Assembly (NCBI GenBank): GCA_044892525.1
Contig: CM097885.1
Coordinates: 23,562,001 to 23,622,000, forward strand
Length of the DNA: 60,000 nt
Direction of reading: 5' to 3'
Source: Schmidtea polychroa
Taxonomy: Eukaryota
Within the stretch, counting starts at the first letter, position 1. The number at the start of each line of letters is the position of its first letter. Shown piece after piece: positions 13,805 to 30,360 of the stretch. The translations under genes were made by a program, and so were the position numbers. The notes beneath the pieces were generated by a model. It was not told the origin of the DNA. It saw only the letters and a list, made by a program, of their open reading frames with translations, and made no database searches.

Positions 13805-15922
13805 GACATCCGTAAAATAATATTATATATATATCGAAATTATTATTAGTTACAGAAGTAATTTAATATTTTTCAGAGTAATCAAATAGACATTACATAT
13901 CCACCCAATAACATGCGTTTCTCATCACTAAAAATGTGTAAAATATTGCACTCTCACAATTAAATGACGGGAACGAAATAATATTTGCAGTTATTAATAA
14001 ATATTTCAATTAGCACACAGTTCAATGTGGATATTTATTATGTAATGTCCCACAGTTTCTCCAAAAATCCAAATTACTAAAACTATTACAAATTCGATTC
14101 ATATAAACAAAACATTGACTAGTAATTAAATCTTTAACTTTAAATGCCAATGAAAAAAAAATTTAAAGGTAATATTTTTTAAAATTATTTTCAAAATTAA
14201 TTAGTCCGTACTGAAGGAGAGCATTTATTGGGGATTATTTTTTTCATTTGAAAGAAATAGTTAATGATAAATAATAAAATAATATATAAAAATAAATAAA
14301 AGTCTATTTTGAAATTAGTGTTAAATATAAAACAAAATATTCAGTTATAATTTATAAAATATAATAAATAATAATATTAACCTTTTTCGAAAGACTGACG
14401 GACATGTAAGGTTTTTATTCTACACCACGCAGGCCTGTCGCCGTACTTTTGCGATTCTTCCTCAAAATAATCATTATCACTTTCACAAAGCAACATTTCA
14501 ATTTCCTTATCACTTAGGAGTAAAGAAGCTTTGATGTTTTCGGTTAAAACAAAAAGTTCACAATAAAGAGAATAATCAATTTATTATAGTAAATATGCAA
14601 TGCTGCCTCTAAAACAAATCATGCCATATACAAAATTTTCCAAAAGCAAAGAAAGAGAAAAAGAAAGACGTGGGGAAAATAAACAATTTCAAAACGAATT
14701 CTGACAAGTAATTATGAAGAGGAGAATATAAAAAGTTTTAGGATCAGACAATAATAAAAAAAATTTAAATCTTCATTATCCGAAAATTACATGGGTTTGT
14801 TTTCAGGTTTGACTGCAAAATCATAGCCAAATCTTTTTTAATTTCCATACAACTGTCAAGAGAATAAGAATATGGAAGTGAGAATGTAATTAAATTAAAT
14901 TAATTTAAATATTTGACAATTTAATAAAATATTTTTTGTTGTTGATTGATTTTGTTTGTTGAATTTATTATTCATATATTGCTACACTAAAAAATTTCTC
15001 ATGAAGATTTATTCAAACAATATTATCAGAAAATGATGTTTGGAATAAAAAAAACATTACGAACATTTGGAAATTTTTATCATGGATACAATAAATACCA
15101 AAAGCAATGTACTTAATTAGTGACCCATAACGAAGTTTGCAGTAAATAAATGTAGACTACCATGTGCCAAACACTGATTGACATTTTAAAATATTATATT
15201 AATCATTTTTAAAAATAATTTAACAAATAATTACTAATTTTAAAATAAATTTTTAATTAAAATTTTAAAATATCTTTTAAAAATTATTAAAAATGTATTA
15301 TAAATAATAATGATATTTATTTTTATATATTTATTTTTAAATTATTGTAACTTATTCTGCTGAATTCTTGACAGAAAAAGTAACTTTTTCCTTATCCAAA
15401 GTCTATCTTTGAAACAGTTGATATCATCAAACTGGTCCCGTTCTAAATCTACCTTCAAATAAAATATAAATTATTAATTGTTTATAAAATGAATTATGAA
15501 AACTTATAAATGCTAAATCAAATTCCAGAGATTTGTAGACTTGACTTTATTGTAAATTTTAGACAAAATGATTTTAAAATTATTTTGATTGCGCAAAAGA
15601 TAGAGTTCCATGAGAAACATGAATCCTAAATGGAGAACTGTAATCCTATTCTATTTTAAAGGATTTGAATTAAAATTTAAAATTTAATTAATAAATTGAA
15701 AATAACTTTTAAGTTAAAATTATTAAAAAGCTAAAAGAAAACGAAGTGTAGGGCAAGCTCGGTTTTTGAGTATATTATACAGTTGAAAGAGTACCATTTG
15801 TAATCCAATATCGTCGTAGGTTAACAGAGCAAAAGAAAGATTTAAAAAATAAAGTGAGTATAAATTTCAACCGTATTTCTTTTCTTTTACCTGACATTTC
15901 TTTTATATCTTATATCTTTTAA

Positions 15923-15990
<68 letters not shown>

Positions 15991-15995
<5 letters not shown>

Positions 15996-16135
15996 CAATA
16001 AAATGATAATTTAAGCCTTTTGCTGCAAATAATGTATTTAATGAAAAAATTTTGGACTATAAGATAGTCCTTGTCAATTGACAACTATCACTTTATTTTT
16101 TTAAATAATAAATGCTGCTACCAAGAAATCATCAC
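15991..16135 (+). repeat. ~145-bp unit embedded in (AAT)n, second copy at 37221-37415
   Basis: Near-identical reverse-complement sequence at 37.2-37.4 kb, also flanked by ATT repeats. Confidence 0.8.
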
Positions 16136-16302
<167 letters not shown>

Positions 16303-17781
16303 TAAAAAATTTTAAAAATTTTAAAAATTTTAAAAATAATATTTTATTTAAATTCTAATTTAAACCTCTTCATGAAATATCGTCACATGTAACTTTCCAA
16401 TCTGGATTTTATGAGACAATTTTTACAGACATTTTACTAAACCTAAGATCCATTCGAATTTCGTATTTATATTAATCTTGTAATAAGTAATGAAAATTGT
16501 CAAAAAGAAGCAAAAAAATGGGAATGATAATGAAAATGTCATAAAAAGCATTCAGATCTGGTCTCTAGGAATTGCAGTCTCCATAGATTGCAATCGGATA
16601 CATGATAACCAAGCAAATAAGCCTAGCTAAACAAAACAAACTTCAATTAAAACCATTTTACTGCCAATTAAGCATGCTTCGTTACTGAATTTCAATTGTC
16701 GTTTCAATGACGGAGAATCGTCATTTCTACGACTAATTTCCTTCAACGATTTCCATAGAACATCTCAACATATGCTAGCGTGACAAATTAGATAAATGTC
16801 TGAAAATGTACGCGGAAATGAAAATCATAAATTATCTTTGATATATGAATTCTTAATTGCTTCAATTTTTTGGGGAAATATTCTAGAATTTTAATTTTTG
16901 TTTTATATTATTAATTGAGACTTTATTGATTTATTAAATTATTTTTTTAATTAAATTTATTAATTAAATATATAAAAGTTCTAATAGTTGATTAGAAGTG
17001 GAATTCTTTTTTTTCAGTTTTTGTGGATATTAGTTCCCTTTTTTTGGTGGGCAATATGAAGATTCGAAATTTCTTTTGATTGTAACTGATCCTCTTAATT
17101 GTGGACTTTTGGTGTTACAGATATCATAACATTTTTTATTTACTGAAGCCTAAAAAGTCTAAAATATTTGTTATTTTATAACATTGTGTCGAAAGTAATA
17201 ATTGGAAATCTTTTCTGACTTCTTGTTTTGTTAGAGATGTTTTCCAAATTCGAAATATTTTGGCTTGCATTAAGACTTCAATAGAAAATGAATTAAAAAT
17301 CATTTAAGATGGGAACTCCTCGTGAATTAGTCGATTTGAAATTATATACTCTTTACAATTTTCTCACAAAATTCAAATATACAGATATGAAAACCAAATT
17401 TACATTCATTAAATTGGAATTTTTATCAAAATCCTCCAAAGCCTCAACATCAAATGAATTTCATGATAATCAGAGACCTTGATTCCAGAATTTCTATTAC
17501 TCGAATTTTTCCCTCGAGCAACAATTTTCTTAGAATCTGAACTCTAGGAATCATCCGTATCTGAGATTAAAAGAACGAAAAGGAATTTAAATGTTAAATC
17601 TAAGAAACTAATTATTTCTGATTATTTAAAATACATATTTATTGCAACTGTTATATAAGTTCTATGAATTTATTTGAAATGAATATTGCAACAAATATAT
17701 TGACCAATAATACTTGCTGCATTTTATTCCATTGATATTGATAATCGATATCATTAATTCTTGAACACACAATGGTTATTT

Positions 17782-18305
17782 TAATAATTAAAAAATGATT
17801 TATATTAGTGTGACCTTGTTAATGAAAGGAGACAATATAGAGGATTGAAAATACTGATAAGCTCTAGATGCCAACTTGAGTGTGTTTTGTAGTTATAGAT
17901 AATGTAAATTTCTTATCCAATAGTGTTTAATAAAAATGTTTGAAGAGAGCAGAAGGTTTCCAAAACTTTCTCCCCATAGTAACTTTTTTTTGAAATTCAT
18001 GTTAAATTTTTAGACAAAACCTCCATTAAACATGCAAATTTAAGACACCACGAAAAGATTTTTCGGTTTATAAAATTAAATTTTATGTAAAATGTTTAGA
18101 GAACCTATGTCAAATATGGTATGTAAAACAAATAAAAAAATGAATATTTTCTACAGAAAATTAAAACTACAAAAAATGAAGTTAATTCTGTTTGTATTAA
18201 TAAACAAAACCAAATAAATGAGAAAATATATGCATGTGTCAATAAGATTTATTCATAATTCTTTGAGCTGAGAAACCGTCTTTCTGCAACTTTCAAAAGT
18301 ATTAA
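17782..18305 (-). repeat. Right copy of the ~520-bp inverted repeat pair
   Basis: Reverse complement of 10078-10601. Confidence 0.9.
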
Positions 18306-21300
18306 TTATTTTTGATTGTTTTCAATAAACGTCTTTTTTCAATAAAATAATTGACAAAAATTATTGGAAAAAAATCTATATAGTTTTAGTCCTGGAGTTG
18401 ATGAAAATTTTCCTTGAAAAAGGATGTTTAAATATTGAAAACAAGCAAAAAATATCCAAAATATCAAAGATTAGGAAAACTTGCCAAACTTAATTAATAT
18501 GGCGCATTTGCATTCAGAATATTTTAAATTTTATAATATTTTAATATTAAAATTATTGACAAAATTTTAATTATTTACTTATTTTCTCTTTATATTCACT
18601 GGATTTTATTTGTAACCGTTTTGCAATTTCATGATAACCTGATGAAATTTATGATGTTATCATCCCCTCATTTTTGTGTCTTAATTTACCTTTAACTCTT
18701 CGGTTTGCTTATAATGTGTTGGAAGGATAACATTTTAACTTTGAAATTTTGACTCTGGACGTTGTGATAATAATGATTAGAAATAAAAACTTTTCTTTTA
18801 ACAAAAATAGAAATTATTATTTTAATTAAACCATTTATTACAAATCAAAAATACCTATACAATATTAATTGTAATTACCTTATATTTTGATCTTTTTACA
18901 TGTATGACTTGATTAAAACAAATTCAAACAAGTTCCCTATTTTTGACCTTAAATTGATCTACTTCCTTGTTATCACGGTACTCGGTGTTGTTTGGTTTTT
19001 ACTTTCAGGGGATTTGTAAAAGACGAAAACCCACCCATTTGCTTTGTGGGACAAAGCTTAATGAAGACGCTACCTGGGATGTAACATACAGTTTAGCAAA
19101 AGACAATGAACGTACTATTGCCGCAAATCGAACTAGATAGGTTACCACTCATTGTCCTTTTTTAATCTTACATAATATTTCTTCACTCTTTCCACTTTAC
19201 AAGGCTTCAATGTCGGAAAGTTGTTTATAGGAAATAATTTAAAACTTTCTATTCTGTGAAGAGCCCAAAATAATTTATTAGGGATTTCTCATTAAATTTC
19301 TAATTAATATTTTTTATATAAATAAAAGCTTTGATAGATCATGTAAAATTTTTCGATATTTAAAATATTTGACAAATCAATTACTAATTTAATTTAATTT
19401 TTTTTTTATTTTTGTCCCATACAGCACGTGATAATTAGACGAAATTAGATATTAAACAATCCAGATATATCAAGTTAGATTATCAATTGAATTAAAATAA
19501 CTTACAGCTTACCCCCCCCCCCCCCCCAGCCCACACACACAATTGTTTTGCATGTGACTTTACAATAAACCTTTTAAGCCGATTATTGGCAATTAAAAAT
19601 TCTACCATATTTTCTTCATGTAAGAAAAATACAAGTTTAAACTTGACTATTGCATATAATAAACATGGTTTACACTTTAAACACACACCATTCGTCCTCT
19701 GGATAAAATCAAAGTCAAATAAACCTTATACGAAAATATACGATCCTTGAACTGAAAGGGGTCAGTGTATGATGTCAAATTGGAAATGGTAGAGTGAAAT
19801 GCTGTGAGTTCTATTTTTAAAATATTATAAACCTGATTGAATAAACAATGAAACCTTTATAAATATTTTTACAAATTCTCTTAATAATAGGCGATAACAA
19901 TGAAAAATCTTTTTATTATTCTTCGAATTTCTCACATAAATTTACATAATAACGTATTTTTTTTCAAAATAAAATGCGCATTATATGCTGAAGTCAATTA
20001 AAACAAAGATTTTATTCAACTTTAAAAAATATATTTTTTACTGATATTAAAAGCTGGTATTGTTATTTTTTTGCAGAATTAAAAATATAATTCTTCTTGA
20101 TTAAATATTATCAAATAAAGAATTAGTAAATTATTTTTTATTTCTTTTTAGTTTCTTATGATTAAGTATTCCCATCTATTTATTTGTTTAATTTAATATA
20201 TGTCGATGCAAGCTAATAAATGTTGGATAGATTTTCAATAAATTTATTTCATTAAAACAAATGCAATAAAAAAATCAATAAAATCCAATCAAAAAATTCC
20301 TTTAATCATTTGAGTGATTTTATCGAAAAAAACTCTTCATAGATATTTCTGACAATGAAATTGTACGATTGAAACAAAATATTATCTAATAAATGACATT
20401 TTAAAAGCTAATTATTTAAAGAATCAAAGGGTTTTTCTACTTTCAGTCTTTTTACATAAAAAAACAATCAGCAGACAGAATTACTAATCATTTTATCTTG
20501 TGTTTTGATTCGAATAAAAATTCATAGGATTTGTTTTAATAAATGATCACTGGAATTCTGATGATTAATTTTTCATAAAATCTGATTTCAATGTTTAAAA
20601 GAAAAAAAATTAAATATTTAATTGATTAATTATCAATTTGATTAATGAATAAATTAAGAAATCAATAACTGAAAATGTATAAATCTTTTGCAATTTCAAT
20701 TCATTTTAAACAAAAAAATTTTTTTTGTTGAATAATAAAACGGTTGAATAATTTCATTTAAAATAATAAAAATAAAAATAGAATTTTAGTAATTATGTAA
20801 ATCCCGGAAATATTATTTACAAAGTAAATCAAATGAATTATCAAATTTTTAATCTTATTTAATAAATATTGAATTGAACAATTCACATTTAATGATCAAA
20901 CTAATTGCTAGTTTTCGTAAAACATATTTTTCAATTAATTTATTTGTTTTAATTGATCGTCAACTAGTTAATGAATATTTTATTTCTTTACATGGTAATT
21001 AGGAATTAATTAATAAATAAAAAAGTTAGTACATTATATATAAATTTAATTTAATTAATAAGAGTTTATACATTAAATTTAACAGACTATCCAGTCAACA
21101 TTCTCATAGAAAATAAAAATAAAATATAAATTTGTTAACAACTTTTATTAAAATATATTATATAAATTAAATTTATTTTAAATAAAATTGGCCAGTGACA
21201 AAAAGATTTTCAATATTTTGCTAATAACGTTATCGTAAATAAATGCAAAAAATGTAAATTAAAGAATTTAAATTTAAATATTTTAAAATTTTAAAATGAA

Positions 21301-22186
21301 ATGAAAATTGAATCACTTAAATATGCTTTTAAATTTTTATATAAATAAAACAAATCCTTTTAAGAAAATCGATAATTTATATAATTTTTCCTTTATTGTC
21401 TTTTTACTAATAATAATATATTTTTAATAAACACGCTACAAAATGAACTTTGGAAATTAGAATTTGCAGAAAGAAAAGTCTTTATTTAAAATTGTGAAAA
21501 AAATAAGAAGACACAAATACTTTTGCAAAGAATCATTTTCTATTTCCCAGACAAATTAGAAATTGAGATTTATAAAATACATTTAAAATGCTAATGGAAA
21601 TCTATTGAAATTGTCAGTGGCTTAAACGTTAATTAGTCTATTATCCTCATCCTATATCCGCCACTGAATATTCCTAGTTTTCAGATGGTATTTTATTAAT
21701 AATTTAAAAACAATTTTTAGCAATTGAACTTTTATGACAGCTGCACTCGGTGAAAGGTTTTAAGGGATTTGTTTTAAGGAAGTTCGAGATTTGATGATTA
21801 ATCCTCAACCGTTATCAAGTGTGATTCAACCAATCTTAGTTTATATGAATGAGAATTGTACAAATAGTACAGATTATTACGATTTGTTATTATTTTAGGA
21901 ACTAAGACATCGAAAGATATACTTTTTTATTACAGATGATTTTTCTTAATAATATTTAGAATAGCTTTATAAAAAGTACATTTTGACATGAAAAGAATAT
22001 AGGCTAATTATATGCATATTTTTCGAATTTATTAGATTAAAATTTGCTATACTAATTTAATAATATTGTAAAAATTCATTTGTAGATAATACCCTTCGAA
22101 TTTTTATTAATTAAACGAATTGAGCTATTTATAGGGTTATTGACATTTTTTACACAATATTGACTCTCCCTCTCCCTCTCCCTACA

Positions 22187-22225
<39 letters not shown>

Positions 22226-22773
22226 TAACAGATTACTTATCACAAGTTTTACATATTATAAAGATAGTGGAAAGTTCTGTACACAAAAATGCTGAACATT
22301 TATTACATATTTTTCGAAATTTGCAATCTTGGTCAGATTTTGAAATTTCGACGTAAAAGTAGTTATAGCTGTCCACAGAAATTCTGTAAAATGTTGATTG
22401 TTCAACTGTCAATGAAGTTTGATTTCACGAACTTCGTTATGGATCACACAAATTCCCAGTAATATGTTGAACCAAAAATCGAAAATAAATAACAATAGGT
22501 TTAGGTGGAAAATAAAAGTACAATTTTATTGGAAGTCGCACTCGACTCAAAGATGAGCCGCATGTGGGTCTTGAAGCTGCATTTGCCCATCGTTGATATT
22601 TATAAATAATCTAAATTTATTTTCAAACAATATTTATTAAAAACCTTTGAAGAAAATAAAAATTTTACTCAACTGAAATCGACTTGACATTGGATTTTAT
22701 TAATTTTAATTGTCCACAGTTTCGCTAGGAGACTCGTAAATTTAATTATTAAATCAATTTTCATTAGTCTGAA

Positions 22774-23176
22774 CAGTACTTTTTTTCTGACGGAACGCTC
22801 CGGAACGGCTTTCCGGCACCTTTTTTCGCTGAATGATTTAAAAAAATTGACATATGTTTTGGTTTTTTGTCATGTTTCTATTTCTGACATTTCAAATAGT
22901 CAATTACAATCAAATTAAAAGTAGTAGTCGTAAGCCAAAACAAGTGAATCATAACTCCGTGCTTCCTATGTGTTATTACTATTATATGAAACACGCTCAC
23001 GTTAAATATACTTAATATACTACATCATTAAAATCTTTTCCTGTCATCGGTAATAAGTGTATATTTTGTGTCCTGCATAATTATTTTATTTGTTATCTAA
23101 TTTCAGCGTCATATTTTGCATATAAAGGATATTACAGATACGTTCCGGCACCTTTTTTCCCAGAAAATAAGCACTG
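22774..23176. mobile_element. hAT MITE, 403 bp
   Basis: TIR CAGTACTTTTTTTCTG / CAGAAAATAAGCACTG, perfect 8-bp TSD AGTCTGAA (22766-22773, 23177-23184), subterminal TTCCGGCACC and CGGAACG repeats. Confidence 0.92.
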
Positions 23177-23403
23177 AGTCTGAATATATATATATATATA
23201 TATCGACATTCCAGATATAATTTAGTAAATTTTATGTACTTTTCGTCAAGTAATTAAACAGCTCTCTTCTATTTCTATTTTTTATTCACTATCTGATAAC
23301 TTATTTGATGTTCTATGATGTAATTAATTAATCTTGATTCAATATTAGATTAATATTATTATTATTGTTAATGATGATGATGATGATGATAATAATAATA
23401 ATG

Positions 23404-23521
<118 letters not shown>

Positions 23522-25391
23522 AGTCTAATATACATATATAAATACAAAGTTTTCTATTTCTTTGTTTATACTTGTCAACGAGAATTATTGACTAAAGCTG
23601 CCTTTGTAATGGAAACCAAATCCCATTAATCATTTCTTGTTTTAATCAAAAAGAACCGGAATTAACCTTGAATACTTTTTCATTCACAACTAATTTTTCC
23701 ATATTATTGGTAATTAAATTGACTTCCAACCGCAATTTATTCAGTTATTAAATTTTTTAAAATCTTATAAAGAAATAAACCGAAATAATTATGTTCAATT
23801 TTTTCTCATCTGAGTGATGGCACTCCGAATAAACAATAAATTATATTGGATAAATTTGGTTTACAAAGATTTTTGATTCGTAAAATTTATCGCCATGGGC
23901 GAATTTTGTCAACTATATGAAATATATTATTTACACATTTCCAGTGACTGAGAAACTGTATTTTTCATATGCCATTTAGGCTGTGCAAGTTTTTCTCTCA
24001 ATTTTGATATACTTTTCAATTTTATTCAATTAATATAAATATTTTATAAGCAAAAATAAATATTTTTTAATCCGGAACTGAAAAACTGAAAAATTGAGAA
24101 GCTGTTTAATGACAAACATTTCTTTGTTGACCTTGATCAGCAAATTTCATTAATTTTACCTTTAAAACGTTGTTTTGTCATTAATAATTTTAGATCAACA
24201 ATCATTCTTGATTTTCTGTAATATCACTAAATAAACAAATAGATTTATTTACAGATCTACCACAGTTTACTAAACCGCTATCATGCCTATTAAACTCAGC
24301 GCTTTTGTTTACCCAACAAGTACTATTATGTTGTCGACAAAAATTTTAATTAATTAGCTTTTATATGTGCAATTGCATTTTTTGGGGGCACTAAAATGGA
24401 TTTATCTTTAACTTGTCATTTGTTACCATTCTTTAATTTTATGAACAGTAAAATATGATTTTTTTATATTTTAATTAATTTTACAATTACATATTAATTT
24501 CAATGTGTAATGTTGTAATTTTATAACAGGAACTTTATATTGAAAATTCATTAGTGTAACTTGTATTATTATTATTTTATTATTTTAATTCAACAAGTAA
24601 TAGATGGCATGGCAGTAATTTTAGCAAGTTAATTTAGCAGCTTAGAAAAAATTGAATTAAACAGTATAATGAAGTTAAAGTTTCACATAATTATTACAAA
24701 ATTATTATATAATAATTAATTAATTATCTAATCATTGGATTCTAATGCTGATATGATAATATCGTCATTCTGTATGTATGCTTGAATTTCATTGGATGCA
24801 GGACTAATCATGATTAATGTCAAGCGAACAATTTTTAGTCTTTCTTTTCGTTTTATTCATTATTAAACTATATTTTACACTTTTAAATTTGTATATGTAT
24901 ATTTTGAAAAATAAGCGAAATAAGTTGCGTTTCTCTAAGTAGAAAATTACTCCATTAATTATGACCAAATTATTGCAGAGAAAGAAAAAATAATCAAAAG
25001 AATAAAGCTAAAGGAAAATATTATATAAATAAAGAATGGTTAAAAAAATACAAAATTTTTATATCATGTTCAATGTGAATTAAATTTTTACAACAGTAAA
25101 TTTACAGATTTCACGTAATTTATGTTGTCTATTGAGCCTCCCAAACGGAGACAGTCGAATCCTCATCAAGTTATAATTTGAATTCGATTCCATATTATTA
25201 TTAGAAAGGTTTCATAAATTTATTAAATTATTTTACTTTAAAATAAATATATTTTCGAACTTTGCTTTTATTGTCGTTGGACTATTAATTAAAGATATTT
25301 GATATCAAAGTGGCCGGCCCAGTGGTCTCAATTCAACTGAAATATATGTACAATAGAGTATAAAATATTCGGGGCCGCATAAACTGGAATC

Positions 25392-26745
25392 TAGATTCCC
25401 AAAGTGGTCCATATGAAACTCCAAGGGTCGATTTCAACTTACTGTGAGTCCATGTCAGCGAGAAAAGTAAATTTGAGTCTACATAAGCGGACTCTATATA
25501 TTTTACATGTTGTTATACCAGTCGTAACGCACCGCGCACAAATATGCAGTAAGTAAAAGTGGTTCAAACTTCAAACACTGTTTATTTATTTTCTGAGTTT
25601 TGAGAAGAAAAAAGGTTGGAAAAAATCGTTCAAATTTATAAAAATAGGCACATGCCAAAAATGAATTAAAATTATATTATTTAAGAGTGCATAAGAAAAG
25701 TTTTATATATATTACAGTTAAAGTATAAAATTAGACAATGTACACATAAACAAGACAATGTATAAACTTTCTATTAAAGTACATAATGTCATTCTAGTAT
25801 GTATGTTGCATTACTGCACACTTTATCTAGACATAGTGTGCATTTAATTATTAATATTATTACTATTATAACATTAACATTATCTAGTTAATGCATACAT
25901 TGTCTAAGTTTATGCTTTAGCTGTAACATATATTTGTAGTCACTTTGATTGCATAAAATAAATTTGAATTGTTTTGTCTAATCATATTTAAATAGCTTCA
26001 TTTTTGTCGACAAATAATTTATATTCCAAACTTATTTTTGTACAACACGAATTTAAAAAATGCCACTTTAAAACCTACCAAGCTGGAGGATCAACTGAGA
26101 AGGTGTCGCCCTGATAAAATAAGTAAAGATCTGGCATACTTTAAAACAACTTCAAAAAAGAACCACGGGGGTCCGTATATTCATTTTAATGTCAAAAATA
26201 GGTTATAATAGTTTGCTAGAGTCTGACAATATCTCAAAATCAGCAAAAACAAAAAGGTTTCATGGAATTGGGAAATTGATTTTGCCCGTCACTGAAGACA
26301 TTTTTAAAGATTCTTCTATGCAAGCCTGTTGGGGCGTTTGCAATTCATCAACAGCATTTAGTAGATAAAAATCTAATTTCTAAATTGTATCAATCTCTTC
26401 AATTCGTCAAAACAGAGTAAAAATTCGTAGCAATGCGTGAAATTCTAGGTTTTAAGCAGTTCTGTCTCAATTAAATACATTGGCTCTTTTAAGACGATTT
26501 AAGTGTTTGTGGACATTTAATTAAATAAAAACTAAACAATGAATTTAATGACGCAAAACATTATTCCCAGTCCCCAAATTTGTCATTGTCAAGACTAAGC
26601 CTCACTAATTTGAAGTCAAATATTGAAAGATTTGCTATCAAAGCATTTGAAGTTAATAAATTAAAAAAATTCAATATTAGCAGACACGGGGGTCTACAGA
26701 AAACAGAAAAAGTGGTCTACGGAACCGAAAGGTTTGAGAATCTAG
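25392..26745 (+). mobile_element. Decayed hAT (Charlie-like) element
   Basis: Eroded ends TTCCCAAAGTGGTCC... and ...GGTCTACGG...GTTTGAGAA. Relic C-terminal coding RLSLTNLKSNIERFA near 26590-26640. Boundaries are approximate. Confidence 0.5.
25715..25923. mobile_element. TA-flanked MITE (Tc1/mariner-type) nested in the hAT relic
   Basis: TA|CAGTTAAAGTATAAAATTAGACAATGTA... pairs with ...TACATTGTCTAAGTTTATGCTTTAGCTG|TA, an imperfect TIR of about 45 bp. Confidence 0.7.
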
Positions 26746-27862
26746 TTACTAAATAATAATTAATTTTATTAATAATCTGTTAAAATACATGAAATGTCAT
26801 AATTTTTCATCCAACTGTGAAATATTAAATAAAAAATAAAACTGAAAAATAAAGTTCCGGTTTGATGACAAGAAAAAACAAACTCCTTTGCTCATGTACA
26901 TTAGTTAAAATGGTAATATTTAGGTTTTAATTTTTTGTAATTTTTTCAATATTGTTTCGTGTAAATTATCCGGTGTTCTTTAATTCGGGTTTTTTCTCTT
27001 CTCTCCACCCCCTTTATAATCACATGTTATTATATGGTAAGACATTACCAAAAAACAATTTAAAATAATATTATAAAAATTGTGCGGTTGACAATAAATA
27101 ATTAAATAACAAGTTAAATTAAATTAAATTAAGACATGGATGGAAATAATTATTGATGATGTAAGTATTTATTAAAAAGCTTGAAGACTATGAATCAGTA
27201 AATATATCGATGTTTTTGATATGTAACTATTATTATTCGGAAATTCATCGTGTTGTTTTATTAAATGAGTCAATGAAAAATTGTATTTAAATAAATTTTA
27301 ATCAACAAGTTTGGTCTTATTCCTAACAGAGATATTAACCCTTTTCTTCATTTTGAAACGAAATTTTGCACTTTAAGAGAATCTCAAATAAGATTTGAAC
27401 TTTACGAGAATGTAAAATAATTTATTTATGTATTCTCCTGATAATTAATAAAGACAAATTAACATAAAAATATCTTTCTTAATTTTTTTTTCAACATTGT
27501 CCTCACATTTCTACGTGATATAATTGTCTTCTAAACAAAAGTTTTAAAGTAATTTTATAGAAAACTCTTATTTCTTTATTTATTTGTTTGTGATAAAGAT
27601 TTTGTTAGAAGTTCAATTAAAACCAGACGAAAATAAGCAAAAACTAACAAATCCAGTCGTTTAAAACAAACCGTGATCCTAATTGTTATATCCAACAGAG
27701 TAGGCATTAAACGACCACTATTTTCTATATTGAAATTGTCTAAAATAATGGATTGAAATGGATTGAAGCATACCTTAAGTGCAACATTCCTGGCCGATAA
27801 GAAGAAACCTCTAATCTTGTAACACTTGTGAAAGAAATCCTGGGCTTGATAATGGCATTTTT

Positions 27863-28032
<170 letters not shown>

Positions 28033-28488
28033 AGTCTAATGAAGTCTTGCACTCAGATACTTGACTGGAGGATTATTATCAATTTCGTAATCCTTCCCAA
28101 TCAAAACAAAATCATCGACAAAATAAAAGTTAAAAATAAGACGTTTTGTCCTGCTATTTGTAATTTAATTATTTTGCTAATTTAAACAAAATAATTTTTA
28201 GTATCTATATTTGTGGGAAAATAAACGGACTGCCAGCAATTTTCAATGCATAAGCGAGTCGAGATTGGAAATCAATTGAGGCAGGTGTAGAAATATTTAA
28301 TTATAAATGCGGCGGGAAATCTATTTATAAGAAAAGAGGGAAATGTTAATTCAATTTTAAGAATAAAACTTGGAAGTCGATAATTGGAAGGAACAGTTTT
28401 TGAAAATATTTTCATTTAAAATTCATTAAATGTAATATATTTCGATTTATCTTTGCCTATTAATAAAAGTAACAATAACAATAATAAC

Positions 28489-28629
<141 letters not shown>

Positions 28630-30251
28630 TTGAATATGAAATTATTCACAAACACTTCTAAAAAGTCAGATTATTCTATTATTATTATATATTTTATTAT
28701 TTTGATTTTAATATATTTAATATATTTATATAAAGATCTAGTCTGAAACTGAAGATTATGCAATTTTAGTTAGATATTATTTCATAAGCCCAAGGTGTTA
28801 TAAATATATTTTAAATAAATATTGTTGGAATTATCTATTAAGGGATTCAAATTACTCTATGTAAAAATTTTATAATTATTTTATTATTTTTTTTTCACAT
28901 TGAAATCTAGTTGATATTGTAGTTGTTTAAATTTACTTTTTCTTTATATCTGTTCTTTCAAAATATCAAAATTTAAACAAATAAAAAATAACTTTAATAA
29001 AAGAATAAATTATAATTAAATTTCAATTTCAAATAATTCTTCTTCTTTTCTTAAATAAATAAAATCTAAATTTTTTGAAATTTTATTAGCAAAATTTACA
29101 ATTACAAAAATTTACGACAAAATCAAAAATGATTTAAAAATCTTAGTTAGAAAGATCTTGATCCTGAGAATCGTAAACGTTCTGTAAGACCAACTTTAGC
29201 AAAGTAATCTAGAACAAGATATACTCGACAAAGAAACCCGAGAATCGACTGAACGGCTATTTAACCATTCGATTATTCATTTAATAAGGCTCTTAAAAAG
29301 ACAATTTATACAAGTAATTGTCAAGATCAAGAAGCACCAAAAATTATACGGGAAATATCATTTCAAACTGTTCAAGTTAATCAGATGAAGTGGGAGATCT
29401 GTAATCCAGGATCACGATCATCAATCATGATCTGATGACAGTTTGGGCAAGCAATATCAGATTTTCAATGCAACACCGAACATACAACTATTGATGCTAA
29501 TTAATAATCCATCATATTCATAGATAATTTTTGAATTTTTTTCAATCTCCCAAGCCTAATGGGAAATGAGGATTGAAATAATTTTCCAAAATTTTCTAAT
29601 GAATAAAGAAACCCAATTTCCTAACTTAAAATTAACAAAATAAAAACGAAATCCAAATCAACAAAACGTCTATAATTACAGATTATCGAAACGGAGATGC
29701 ACATGAAAAATTATAACTCAAAGTGAATTTGATAAAACAAAAAAGAAACGACTGGAAATATTTGTCGACGCGGATGTGTAATTAGTTTTGTTTTAATACT
29801 TCTTGTTGATTCATCTTTATAGGGATTTGGCCAGAATAACCCTTTGAAGTGAGGAAATGAAACGATATTTGTAGTTGTATATTTTGGATTTAATTTGCTT
29901 TATTATTGGAATTGAGAAGGAGATCGGATAAATTACATTTCCTAAAATGATTTTTATGTATTTATGAAATAGATAATAATGAATAACACTGACAATCAGC
30001 CAAGGCTTCCTGAAAGGAGAATGGAATATCAATTGGGGGTCTTTTATATTAATATTCCATAATCTGACCCTTGGACACAATTTATTATCCTTGTGGATAA
30101 AATAGTGTAGTGTTCTTTTGAAAAATTTAATGATCATCTCCTTGTCATATTTAAATTAAGTCGAAAGAAACCTGTTTTTGTGTGAAAATATTTGATTAAA
30201 ACTTATTTAATTGATGAATTGGAAGGTATACTATCCTAAAATATCCAATAT

Positions 30252-30281
<30 letters not shown>

Positions 30282-30282
<1 letters not shown>

Positions 30283-30360
30283 AAGCTTGACTATGAATCA
30301 GTAAATATATCGATGTTTTTTTTATATTCAATAATTTTCGGCACTGCCTTTATCAAGTGA
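30282..30360 (-). repeat. Second copy of the (TA)n-associated ~80-bp repeat
   Basis: Minus strand reads CACTTGATAAAGGCAGTGCCGAAAATT...CATCGATATATTTACTGATTCATAGTCAAGCTTT. Confidence 0.7.

Noticed and set aside
29150..29500. Locally GC-richer, coding-like stretch (similar ones near 16540-17580, 27600-27860, 53780-53990, 59480-59720)
   Set aside because: Stops interrupt the frames examined and there are no diagnostic motifs. They are probably old transposon debris and need a translated database search.
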